Source: a virus
Taxonomy: Duplodnaviria; Caudoviricetes
Reading direction: 5' to 3' (one strand)
IMG/VR virus record: IMGVR_UViG_3300032236_001084
Coordinates: 1 to 33,905 of that record
DNA: 33,905 nucleotides
The notes below the pieces were generated by a model that saw only the letters and a list, made by a program, of their open reading frames with translations, was not told where the DNA came from and did no database searches. The translations under genes were made by a program, and so were the position numbers. Positions 1-10,100 of the stretch are shown piece by piece. Position 1 is the stretch's first letter. Each line of letters starts with the position of its first letter.

Positions 1-672
1 AACCGTGTAACAGCAAAACCTTTATCAGGTAACTTTAAGCAATATCCACTTGTTAACGAAATAGTAGAGATAGTTGAAGGTCCATCTACAGATTTAAACA
101 ATGATGCTTCAGCAAAACAGTATTATTATCGACCACCATATAACCTATGGGGTACTGTTCATCATAATGCTTTTCCAAATTTAGCTAACTATGGAAGTGT
201 AATTCAAAATAAACAAGCACCGTATAGTTACCCTCTAGGTACAACTTTTCAAGAGAAAAGTAATATCAAGAATATACAGCCTTTTGAAGGTGATATAATT
301 ATAGAAGGTAGGTGGGGTCAATCAGTTAGATTTGGGAGTACAGTTAAGGGTAAAGGTGCATTAAATCCATGGAGTAGTCAAGGCCAAGTAGGAAGTCCAA
401 TTACTATAATTAGAAACGGACAAGCTACATCGACCATACCTCAAGCCTGGGTCAATGGTATAGAGGATATAAGTAACGATGATGCTTCAATTTATCTCTG
501 TTCAGGTCAATCTATCTATATTCAAGATCTAACTAATTTTAAATTAACTTCATATACAAGTAGAGTTGGATTACAGGATAATCAAGTAAGAACTAAGAAT
601 ACAGCACCTGTCTCAACAGATACAATATCACCTAGTCAACAATCACAAAAAGAATTAGCAGCTAATAAATAA
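1..672 (+). CDS. 5'-truncated gp5/VgrG-like baseplate hub/spike protein, N-terminal part (not in supplied ORF track)
   Basis: Frame 1 is open from base 1 to TAA at 670-672 (NRVTAKPLSGNFKQYPLVNEIVEIV...QPFEGDIIIEGRWGQSVRFGST...PITIIRNGQ...ELAANK*). P-L-V-N-E-I-V resembles the gp5 OB-fold 'P..gE.V' motif. It lies upstream of gp25/gp6 homologs, and its stop overlaps the next ATG (TAATG). Confidence 0.65.
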   Translation, partial: NRVTAKPLSGNFKQYPLVNEIVEIVEGPSTDLNNDASAKQYYYRPPYNLWGTVHHNAFPNLANYGSVIQNKQAPYSYPLGTTFQEKSNIKNIQPFEGDIIIEGRWGQSVRFGSTVKGKGALNPWSSQGQVGSPITIIRNGQATSTIPQAWVNGIEDISNDDASIYLCSGQSIYIQDLTNFKLTSYTSRVGLQDNQVRTKNTAPVSTDTISPSQQSQKELAANK

Positions 673-1127
673 TGGCAACATCTAAGAATTATATACCTGA
701 ACTTCAACAGTATACAGATAATCAAATTATACTATCTTCTGGGAGAGTTTTACTTCATGCTAAGACAGATAGTATACTACTATTTGGTAAGAAGTCTATT
801 GGATTATCAAGTCTAGGTACAGTTAACTTTGATGTAGCAAATCGTGTTATTGTAAACTCACCTAAGATAGAATTAGGTTTAGAAGCTGAATTAACAGGAG
901 AACCTGTTATGAAAGGTACATCGACAACTCAGTTTTTGGTTAGAATGTTAAACATACTAATACCACTAGGTACTGCTCTATCTAATATCTCTCAATCAGA
1001 ACCAGAAACTATTATACCCTTATTAGTAAAAGCAGGGACACTTATAAAATCTGAATTTCCTCAATTAGTAGCTCTAGCAAATGCAAGCGGTTCTGCTTTA
1101 GTATCACAAGTAACCTATACTAAATAA
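672..1127 (+). CDS. Putative spike C-terminal (beta-helix-like) baseplate protein
   Basis: Beta-strand repeats QIILSSGRVLLHAKTDSILLFGKKSIGLSS...VIVNSPKIELG followed by EPVMKG and a helical tail; position between the gp5-like N-terminal ORF and gp25. Confidence 0.5.
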   Translation: MATSKNYIPELQQYTDNQIILSSGRVLLHAKTDSILLFGKKSIGLSSLGTVNFDVANRVIVNSPKIELGLEAELTGEPVMKGTSTTQFLVRMLNILIPLGTALSNISQSEPETIIPLLVKAGTLIKSEFPQLVALANASGSALVSQVTYTK

Positions 1128-2902
1128 TGGCAAAAGGATTAGAAAATTTAATTATAACTATATCAGGTCAGTTAGCTACTATTGAAAAAGCAGTAGATGA
1201 CGTATATTACGGTAATCCTTTAAATAAATCTGCAGGTATAAAACTACCTGGATCAAATTCTAAAGTTAACGGAGTATTACCATTAGTTAGAGAAATAAGT
1301 AGCTATGACTTATGTAATATTATTGCTACAGTATTATCTTTTGCACCTAATCCTCAATCTGTAGTTCAAAAACAATTAGATAAAGTTAAAGATCAGTCTA
1401 AAAAGTTACTAAATAAATTAGGTAGTTCTACACTTGGAAAATCTTTTGTACAGAATACAGATAATTTAAAAAATCTAGCAACAGGTATTGAAGCTATCTC
1501 TAATTCAATATCACCTGATTTAGTATCAATTTCCCCATCACTTGCCAGCACTCAAAACTTTTTAAACGATTTATCAGGTACTCTTCGAAACGGTACAAGT
1601 AGTCCTACTAGTTTATTATCTAAGATCAATCAACTACAGACATCACTACATACTCTTAATAACCTAAATACTCCTCTAGATGTACTTAGTTTAGCTCAAC
1701 AAGCTACCGGTGTTAATATAGCAGCACAGATTCAAAACCTACAGAAGACTATTAATCCGGCACAGATTCTACCAACACTTCAGAGTATATCTATCCTTTT
1801 AGGAAGTATTAACCAAATGGGATTAAAACTGTTAAAGTATGTAAATCTTATACAGACAATAATTACTCTATCACAATCAGTATTAACTACTATTAATGTT
1901 ATAGTTAAAGTTATAAAGTTAATATCAGTTCCAAACATGTACACTGCATCATCCTTTAACCAAGCTTTAGGAGATTCATTAAATGATACTAAGACAGATA
2001 TTTTAAAACCACAGCAAAAAGTCCTTGCAGAATTACAAGTACTTCTTGATCTAATATATACAACTGTAATAAGTTTTACAGGTAAGATAAGTCAATTACA
2101 AGCTGCAATTGCACCTCTAATCTTTAACCTACAGACTTGTGTTGCTACAGCCGATTCACCTGAATTAGCTGACTTAGATGCCGCTAATAACAGTTTAACT
2201 GATGTAAGTAATAAACTGAACGACTTTGCTAAATATTATGCAGCAGCTCAAAGCGATCCAAATCAAAAAACTTTTCACGGATATGTTTTAAAGATTCAAG
2301 AAGAGCAGACCATAGATCATCCTTTACAGTTTAAAAGAAGACATGCAGTAGCATTAGATCCAAGAGGAGTTCAAGTAGCTCAAACTGAATTAACTTACTC
2401 AACTGATAATCAAGTAATCTTTCAAGAACTACAGTTAATTATAGGTAATAGTCACTACCCATCTACATCTACGGAAACAGAAGCAAGTATCTATAACTCC
2501 ATTGGTGTAGATCCAGCAACTCTTGATCCAACATCACAGAAAGTAAGTACAGCAGCTAAAGGATTTATAAATTCACTACCTGGCGGTAAATCGTTTATTA
2601 AAGATGTGGCAGCTGCTACAGCATCCGATAGGACACCTGATGCGATAGCATTAAAAGCTTCAGCACAAGCTGGGGATTATAAACCAACAGCACAAACACA
2701 ATTGCCAATACAGCCTTCAGAACCAACTATATCAGTTGGAGGTCCAGCACCGTCTGGAGTTCTATCTCCTGAAAGTCAAGCTAAATGGGAATCAATCGCT
2801 ACCAACCCTAATACACCTTTGATCTTACGTCAAAGAGCACAGACAATCCTGAATCAGAGTAGAGCAGCACAAGGTGATCAGCAAATATCAGGAATAAAGT
2901 AA
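1127..2902 (+). CDS. Uncharacterised alpha-helical virion (baseplate-associated) protein, 591 aa
   Basis: Long ORF coupled by TAATG; helical, Q/L/S-rich, with a long hydrophobic segment at about aa 215-335; in the baseplate cluster. Confidence 0.6.
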   Translation: MAKGLENLIITISGQLATIEKAVDDVYYGNPLNKSAGIKLPGSNSKVNGVLPLVREISSYDLCNIIATVLSFAPNPQSVVQKQLDKVKDQSKKLLNKLGSSTLGKSFVQNTDNLKNLATGIEAISNSISPDLVSISPSLASTQNFLNDLSGTLRNGTSSPTSLLSKINQLQTSLHTLNNLNTPLDVLSLAQQATGVNIAAQIQNLQKTINPAQILPTLQSISILLGSINQMGLKLLKYVNLIQTIITLSQSVLTTINVIVKVIKLISVPNMYTASSFNQALGDSLNDTKTDILKPQQKVLAELQVLLDLIYTTVISFTGKISQLQAAIAPLIFNLQTCVATADSPELADLDAANNSLTDVSNKLNDFAKYYAAAQSDPNQKTFHGYVLKIQEEQTIDHPLQFKRRHAVALDPRGVQVAQTELTYSTDNQVIFQELQLIIGNSHYPSTSTETEASIYNSIGVDPATLDPTSQKVSTAAKGFINSLPGGKSFIKDVAAATASDRTPDAIALKASAQAGDYKPTAQTQLPIQPSEPTISVGGPAPSGVLSPESQAKWESIATNPNTPLILRQRAQTILNQSRAAQGDQQISGIK

Positions 2903-2923
2903 GTAGAATTTTACATTTAAAAA

Positions 2924-2931
2924 TATTTATA
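2924..2931 (+). promoter_or_regulatory. Putative phage late promoter motif TATTTATA
   Basis: Same heptamer TATTTAT recurs just upstream of nine gene starts in this window. Confidence 0.5.
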
Positions 2932-2935
2932 TTAT

Positions 2936-3412
2936 ATGACAAAGTTAGATTTATTAAGGAAGCTAATAAGAGAAGAGGTAAGACAGGTTATACGTGAAGA
3001 AATAAAGCCTGTATTAGCAGAGATTAGAAGCGGAAAAGGAGAATTAATTACTCCAAGAAAAACTTTTCGTGAGGATTTAAAAGAATCTATAACACAGCGT
3101 CCTGTAAGAAAACCAGCTCCATCAGTACCGAGAGTTACTACTTCTGATCCGATACAGCAACTACTACAGGAAACTGCATATGGAATGGAACAGAGTGATT
3201 TTAGATCTTTTGTAAATGCAGAAGCACCTCAAGATTTCTCACAGATGTTTTCTGCACCTGAACCCTATACATCAGAACCGATGGTAGTAGAATCAGTACA
3301 AGAGATGTTAGCACAAACTGGACCCGTAACCGATATACACCAAGTTAACATAGATGCAGTACCGGATTTTTCTGAAATGATGAGCGTATTAAAAAGTAAA
3401 GGTCAAATATAA
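2936..3412 (+). CDS. Hypothetical protein with N-terminal LIREEVRQVIREE amphipathic motif
   Basis: 158-aa ORF, acidic C-terminus, own TATTTAT motif upstream; I-x-E motifs at the N-terminus. Confidence 0.7.
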   Translation: MTKLDLLRKLIREEVRQVIREEIKPVLAEIRSGKGELITPRKTFREDLKESITQRPVRKPAPSVPRVTTSDPIQQLLQETAYGMEQSDFRSFVNAEAPQDFSQMFSAPEPYTSEPMVVESVQEMLAQTGPVTDIHQVNIDAVPDFSEMMSVLKSKGQI

Positions 3413-3831
3413 TGGCATATGCAGCACGTACAATAAGCCCACTCGATTTAAGACCGAGCACTGCGATAGGAGTATCAATTCCTTTCTCAGCACCTAATGT
3501 ATTTACGTCTGTCTTTACAACAGCCGAACAGTTAAAGTACAATATCATAAATTACCTATTAACAGGTAGAAATGAAAGAGTATTTAGACCGACATTTGGT
3601 GCAGGATTAAGAGAACAGCTTTTTGAACAAATAACTGATATTTCTATCGCAACAATAGAGTCAAACATACAGACAGGGATAGAAGCTAATTTTCCAAATG
3701 TAATAACAACATCTGTACAGGTTATACCTTTATATGATCAAAACACAGTTAACGTCTTATTTAAGTATAGTATAGCAAATACTAGCCAAGTAGATCAAAT
3801 ATTTTTAACAGTAGACAATGGCCAACAATAG
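3412..3831 (+). CDS. Baseplate wedge subunit, T4 gp25-like (sheath initiator)
   Basis: QLKYNIINYLLTGRNERVFRPTFGAGLREQLFE matches the gp25/GPW motif (i..lLlT..GER...P.FG..l...lFe); 139 aa; directly upstream of the gp6-like gene. Confidence 0.92.
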   Translation: MAYAARTISPLDLRPSTAIGVSIPFSAPNVFTSVFTTAEQLKYNIINYLLTGRNERVFRPTFGAGLREQLFEQITDISIATIESNIQTGIEANFPNVITTSVQVIPLYDQNTVNVLFKYSIANTSQVDQIFLTVDNGQQ

Positions 3832-5713
3832 TTCAACAGTAACAAAGGATATAAAATACCTTAATAAAGACTTCTCTGATTTTAGAGCAGCTCTAATCGA
3901 ATACGCTAAGGCTTATTTTCCAACAACATATAATGACTTTTCTACTGCATCACCAGGTTCAATGTTTATTGAAATGGCTGCATATGTTGGAGACGTCTTA
4001 TCTTTCTACTTAGACAACCAATACCAAGAAACTTTCGTACAGTATGCAAAACAGACTAATAACCTATATACTCTAGCTTACATGCTTGGGTATAGACCAA
4101 AGGTAACATCTGCCGCAACAGTAGATTTGAACGTATATCAATTAGTACCTGCTTCAGGTTCAGCTGGTAATTACGTACCAGATTTTAGGTATGCACTACA
4201 GGTTGATCAAGGTATGCAAGTAACTTCTAATACAAATACAAATGCTGCTTTCTATGTACCTGAGAATATAGATTTTTCAATATCTTCTTCTGCTTCTCCG
4301 ACTAATATTTCTGTGTACAGCACAGACGGAAGCGGAAATCCACAGTATTTCTTATTGCAGAAATCTGCAAAAGCATTGTCAGGTACTATAAAGACATTCA
4401 CATATACATTCGGTACAGCTCAAACATTTGAAACAATACTATTACAAGATACAAATATAATTGAAATTCTAAGTGTTACCGATAGCAACGGTAATAAATG
4501 GTACGAAGTTCCATACCTAGCTCAAGATACAATAATGAAAGCGGTACAGAATGTACCTAATATAAATCCTGATTATGCAGCTGATGCAGGTACGGTACCT
4601 TATATCTTAGAATTACAAACTGTACCTCGTAGATTTGTAACTAGATTTAAAACAGATAATACATTAGAGATTCAGTTTGGATCAGGTATAAATTCAGTAG
4701 CTAATGAAGTAGTTGTACCTAATATGGGTAATGTAGGTATAGGTACTATAGATAGGTTAAGTAAGATTAATACTTTATATGATCCTGCTAACTTTACAAC
4801 AACAACTACCTATGGTCTAGCACCGAATAATATAACTTTAACCTTCACTTATTTAATAGGTGGTGGTGCCCAAGCTAATGTACCTAGTAACACTTTAAAT
4901 GTAGTAACAAACTTTACTTCTAATTTCGCAGGAGGTATTGTAGATCCTACTATTGGAAGTACGGTACGTAACTCTCTTGCAATAAATAATCCTACTTCAG
5001 CAGCCGGAGGGGGAGATGGTGATACAGTAGAGCAGTTAAGATTAAATATATTAGCTCAATATCCATCTCAAATGAGAGCTGTGACTCAGCAGGATTACCT
5101 AAGCTTTGCTTATAGTATGCCATCTAAATTTGGACAAGTTGCGAAAGCATTTGTAACTAAAGATAATCTAACATACAGACAAGATACAGGAGGTGATATC
5201 AATACGCAAGATCCTTATGCGTGTTCCTTATACACCTTAGCTTATGATACAAATAAACATTTACAAGAACCACCTGCTGCTTTACAGCAAAATCTAAAAA
5301 GCTACCTATCAGAGTATAGAATGTTAACAGATGCTGTGAATATAAAAAATGCTTATATAGTTAATATAGGGGTAGATTTTAGCATTATCCTAAGACCGCA
5401 ATATAATAATAGAGATGTACTGACTCAATGTATACAGTCTCTACAAGACTATTTCAAGATAGATGGATGGCAAATCAACCAACCTATTATCTTATCTGAA
5501 ATATACACATTAATAGATCAAATCCCAGGTGTCCAAACAGTTCAAAATGTAACTATAACGAATAAGTCTGCAGTAGATGGTACATATTCTCCATATACGT
5601 ATGATATATCATCAGCGACTTTAAAAGGAGTTATTTACCCATCTTTAGATCCATCTATATTTGAAGTAAAATATCCTGATATAGATATTACAGGAAAAGT
5701 TGTTACCTATTAA
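3818..5713 (+). CDS. Baseplate wedge protein, T4 gp6 / baseplate-J-like
   Basis: N-terminal YLNKDFSDFRAALIEYAK..FP..YNDFS..SPGSMFIEMAAYVGDVLSFYLD; IQFGSG; YLIGGG...N; GGGDGDTVEQLR...QMRAVTQQDY are typical gp6 motifs; 631 aa. Confidence 0.93.
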   Translation: MANNSSTVTKDIKYLNKDFSDFRAALIEYAKAYFPTTYNDFSTASPGSMFIEMAAYVGDVLSFYLDNQYQETFVQYAKQTNNLYTLAYMLGYRPKVTSAATVDLNVYQLVPASGSAGNYVPDFRYALQVDQGMQVTSNTNTNAAFYVPENIDFSISSSASPTNISVYSTDGSGNPQYFLLQKSAKALSGTIKTFTYTFGTAQTFETILLQDTNIIEILSVTDSNGNKWYEVPYLAQDTIMKAVQNVPNINPDYAADAGTVPYILELQTVPRRFVTRFKTDNTLEIQFGSGINSVANEVVVPNMGNVGIGTIDRLSKINTLYDPANFTTTTTYGLAPNNITLTFTYLIGGGAQANVPSNTLNVVTNFTSNFAGGIVDPTIGSTVRNSLAINNPTSAAGGGDGDTVEQLRLNILAQYPSQMRAVTQQDYLSFAYSMPSKFGQVAKAFVTKDNLTYRQDTGGDINTQDPYACSLYTLAYDTNKHLQEPPAALQQNLKSYLSEYRMLTDAVNIKNAYIVNIGVDFSIILRPQYNNRDVLTQCIQSLQDYFKIDGWQINQPIILSEIYTLIDQIPGVQTVQNVTITNKSAVDGTYSPYTYDISSATLKGVIYPSLDPSIFEVKYPDIDITGKVVTY

Positions 5714-5736
5714 TATTATCCTTAAATTAGAATACA

Positions 5737-6837
5737 ATGTCGGTATATAAAATATTTCCACAACAAGACGCAACTATATATTCATCTAATCCATCAGCTA
5801 ATGCTGGTATCGATGAGGTATTAGAGATATCGTCTGTTAACAGTAATCCAAATCTTGGTATTATAAATGGACTAGATGACATAAGAAGAACATTAATCAA
5901 GTTTAGTGATGCCGATATTAATACGATTGCTGGATTTGCAACCGGATCATTCAAGGTAGGATTAAAATTATATTTAGCATACGCTTCTACGTTACCTCAA
6001 ACGTATACGATACTGTGTAATCCTGTAGGACAGGCATGGACAATGGGAACCGGTAAGATTAACGATGTACCTAATCCTAAAAATGGAGTATGTTGGACAT
6101 CTGTAGGAGCATATGGACAGTCTGCTAACTGGAGTAATACATACGGTACTTCTAGCTACCTCTATACAGTAGGCGGTGGGGTATGGAATCCAGCTTATTC
6201 AGCATCTCAAAGTTTTAGTTATATAGATAATAAAGATGTAAACATTGATGTAACTACAATGGTAAGTGCATCGATGGTAGGTACAATTCCTAACTATGGA
6301 CTACTATTACGTATAACAGGTTCAATTGAATTAAATCCAAGTTCTTCAATAGAGACTCAATTCTTCTCAATGGATACACATACCGTATATCCACCTTGTC
6401 TAGAAATGAAATGGGATGATTCTGTATATAATACAGGTAGTAACACTAACGGTACTATTATAGCAGAAGACTTTGTACTAATACCTCAAAATAATACAGA
6501 TAAACTAAAAGTAGGTAACGTATATAGAATGAAATTCGTTACTAGAGATAGATACCCGGCAAGAACTTTCGCAACTGGGTCAGACTACTTAAACTGGAGA
6601 TATCTACCTCCGCAAAGCTACTGGTCAATAGTTGATTATAAAACATCTGATGTAATTGTTGATTTCGATACAAACTATACAAAACTTAGTGCAGATACAA
6701 ATTCTAATTATTTTACACTGTATACAAACGGATTACAACCTGAAAGATCTTATAGAATTTTAATTAAAACAATTGTACCGTCTACAGGTGAACAGGTAAT
6801 AGTTGATAACGGTGTGATTTTTAAAGTAACAAGGTAG
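5737..6837 (+). CDS. Virion structural protein with DNRLRE/TGF-beta-propeptide-like beta-sandwich
   Basis: QDATIYS..P..NAG.DEVLE, RTLIKF, IDVT..V, NYGLLL, F.S.DT....P.LE..W pattern resembles the DNRLRE/disaggregatase-type domain; located in the baseplate cluster. Confidence 0.55.
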   Translation: MSVYKIFPQQDATIYSSNPSANAGIDEVLEISSVNSNPNLGIINGLDDIRRTLIKFSDADINTIAGFATGSFKVGLKLYLAYASTLPQTYTILCNPVGQAWTMGTGKINDVPNPKNGVCWTSVGAYGQSANWSNTYGTSSYLYTVGGGVWNPAYSASQSFSYIDNKDVNIDVTTMVSASMVGTIPNYGLLLRITGSIELNPSSSIETQFFSMDTHTVYPPCLEMKWDDSVYNTGSNTNGTIIAEDFVLIPQNNTDKLKVGNVYRMKFVTRDRYPARTFATGSDYLNWRYLPPQSYWSIVDYKTSDVIVDFDTNYTKLSADTNSNYFTLYTNGLQPERSYRILIKTIVPSTGEQVIVDNGVIFKVTR

Positions 6838-6838
6838 T

Positions 6839-7177
6839 ATGACAGAACAAGTAAATTTAACAAAACAAATCTACGGTACAGCAGCCTATACTAGAGTAAT
6901 TGATACTTCATTTACAGAGTTAGTTGTCCCGCAAGCACCTGCCGCGCCAACTGTGACAGTGGATGATTTTTTTACATATTACAGTCAACTATTCTTTCAA
7001 ATACCGGTAACAGGAGATACAAACTCACACCAGTACCTGGTAAAACAAAGTGGAGAGTATATAGGAGGTGCAGTAATAACAGATAATGAACAGGCACTTA
7101 TCGATGAAATTAACAGCCTAAGACAACAGCTCCTAGTAGCTAATCAAACTATCGTAGACATAAGCTCAATAACATAA
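6839..7177 (+). CDS. Small virion protein with C-terminal coiled coil
   Basis: 112-aa ORF; FF..Y..LFFQIP..G..NSHQYLVK then ALIDEINSLRQQLL heptads; coupled to the next gene. Confidence 0.65.
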   Translation: MTEQVNLTKQIYGTAAYTRVIDTSFTELVVPQAPAAPTVTVDDFFTYYSQLFFQIPVTGDTNSHQYLVKQSGEYIGGAVITDNEQALIDEINSLRQQLLVANQTIVDISSIT

Positions 7178-10100
7178 TGGAAATAGTAACAATAGACCTT
7201 TTATCATCACAAGCAGAATATCAGCAGTATAAACCTGCCGATACGTCTCTAATTAATACTGCTACAATTGCACCACCATTCGGTGCTCCGACAGACTATG
7301 TTGAATATTTTATCTACGACATAAATGGAGATCTACTAGTATCCGAATACTACGATACTAACTATACTCCTGTTAATCCGGATCCGGCAACTGGTAATTA
7401 TACAGCATTACAAATAGATCCACAAGCAGACGTAGCATCGCACGGGTATGATAGAGGTTCGGTTGATATAACTTATAACTTCTTTAGAACCCTATTTCAA
7501 AGCAGTTATACAAATCAGTTTTGGATTAAGCAAATCTCTGGTACAAGAACAGAGTTAAAAGTTTGCCGTCAAGACTTATCTAACCAACAGTTACAGCAAG
7601 CATTTACAGATTTTGAAAATCAAGCAGCATCTCGTGCATACTATTCAGATTTCTATCTAAACTTTGGTAATAACGAAGTTTTAATTGGAGTTAACGTAGC
7701 TTATGCTTTAGATGGAGATCAAGGATGTTTACTTCTTAAACTGTATGAACCTTTACCGGCTGATATAGATCTTAAGAGTACGTTTTGGATTGTTGAGCAG
7801 TTAGGAGATTCAGTTAAGTATCAAGTTACTGTTGAAGTACCTGCTTCTGCACCACCTTCGTCAAATGCATTAAAAGGACCAAATTTTAACTTAAATATAG
7901 CCCAGAGAGTTGGTCAAGCAACACCTACTTATAATCTAAGTACTCTACTAGCATCATCTAGTCTAGCGCCGTCTTCATCGCTTTATCAGCAAATGCAAAG
8001 CATATTACAGGATACGTCTATTGATATAAATGTTGACTATTCTGATTTTAGTAACTTTGTACATTTCTCATCTGCACAAGAACGTATCTATAACTTCGCC
8101 TACAAGTTAAAACTTATTGAAAGTTACAATCAATCTATTGCAAATGCCGGGACAGTATTAAACGGAGGTACTATAACATCTGGAAGTATACTTACCTATC
8201 AACAGCAAATTAATAACATTATAACAAACTTTGATGGCTACGAGTATTACCTGTATTACGAAAATACCCCACAGGCATGGCCTAAATCAAATAGTTTACC
8301 ACCATATCAGTTATACTCTATAACATCTTCTCAGGCTTTAACTTGGCTTGGTAATCCAGATGTAGCACCCCCTGTTGGACAGTATAGTGCACTAAATGCA
8401 GCATCTACCTATGATCTTAACAACAAAGACTGGCTAATCAATACAATTCCAGAATATCTTAAACAGGATGATAGTAATATTCCGTATCAGACTTTCCTGA
8501 ATATGATAGGACAGCACTTTGATAACATCTGGATTTATTACAAAGATGTTACAGAGAGATATGATGCTGAGAGTGATTTAACTAAAGGTGTATCTAAAGA
8601 GATAGTAAAATCTGCATTAGAATCTTTCGGTATACATTTATATACAAATACAAACATATCAGATAACCTTTACTACTCAACCCTGGGTATTAACCCAGAC
8701 GGTTCTTTAACACCGCCTACAGGTTCTTTTAATAGTAATAATATCTATATAACATATAATTCATCAGGTCCTTATGTATTTCTAGGTTATACAAACCCTA
8801 ATTTATACACTCTGAACTTTGATGAAAAACCAACTATACCTGGTGCAGATATAACTCTTGAATATCAAAAGAGAATCTATCATAACCTACCGTATTTATT
8901 AAAGACTAGAGGTACAACAAGAGGTTTAAGAGCTCTAATTAACTGCTTTGGTATTCCAAGCACCTTATTAAGAATTAATGAATTCGGGGGATCCGATAAG
9001 TTACAATCTACACCTGATGTAATTCAAAAGAGATATGGCCTAGCCTATCATAATTCAGGTAGTGTAAATCTAACTATACCGTGGGCATTACAGGTTTTAA
9101 ATAATGCTGTACCAGATACAATCGAATTTAGATTTAAAACACAAGGTATACCTGATTCAAATCATATTTCACAATCACTGTTTGAAGTTAATAGAGGTAA
9201 TAATACCTACTTTGGAATACAGTTAACATATGATTCTGCTTCTGCTATACCATCAAGCTCTCTACAGAATAATGGTAATCTAACTTTCTATCTAAATAAC
9301 TCAGGTTCAGCAGGTATTTACGGTAAAACCGCACCTATAACATTACCATTTTTCGATAATACACAATGGTGGTCTGTTTCTATAGGTAGAGCTACTGGAT
9401 CGGCAATTAATACTGTGGATAATACTTACACCTTGACTGTAGCAGGTACTGCTTATAATCAAGAAGGTGATGGTAATATAACATATCTTAGCTCTTCTAG
9501 TCTCTTTGTAACTTCTTCAACTTCGGCAAGTTATAATGCAAGTTGGAATGCATATGATACAAGTACACAGACTGCACTATTTAGCGCATATCTTGGTGGT
9601 CCGGTTAATCTAACTAGTAGTTTATGTAAACTTAGAACTACCTTCCAAGGGTATTATCAGGAATTTAGATATTGGGGCCAACCATTAAGCCTAAGCGCAT
9701 TTAATCAGCATGTAACTAGCCCAAGTTCGATCGTAGGTAATACACCTACTTCTTCATACACGGACTTAACATTTAGATTACCTCTAGGTAACAATAATGT
9801 AGTACCGTCTTACGGAACAAGTAGCTTACAGCTTAATTCACCTGATGGTGATTTATATGAAATTGGATACACAGCTATTGATCAAAGTGCTGTTTTAACT
9901 TCAAATCATCCTGCTGCCAGTACCGTAAAATCTTTTAAGAGCGGTAGCAGTTCATTTAGCTATGGATTATTTGGTAGCGGAAGTCATGAATCAGAGAGTA
10001 ATGCTTCATTTGAATCTTTAGTAATGACAGACCTAATAGCAGGTCCATCAGTAGGAGTAGGTCAAAAAGTAAATAATAAAATTTTTATACCTACACAAGA

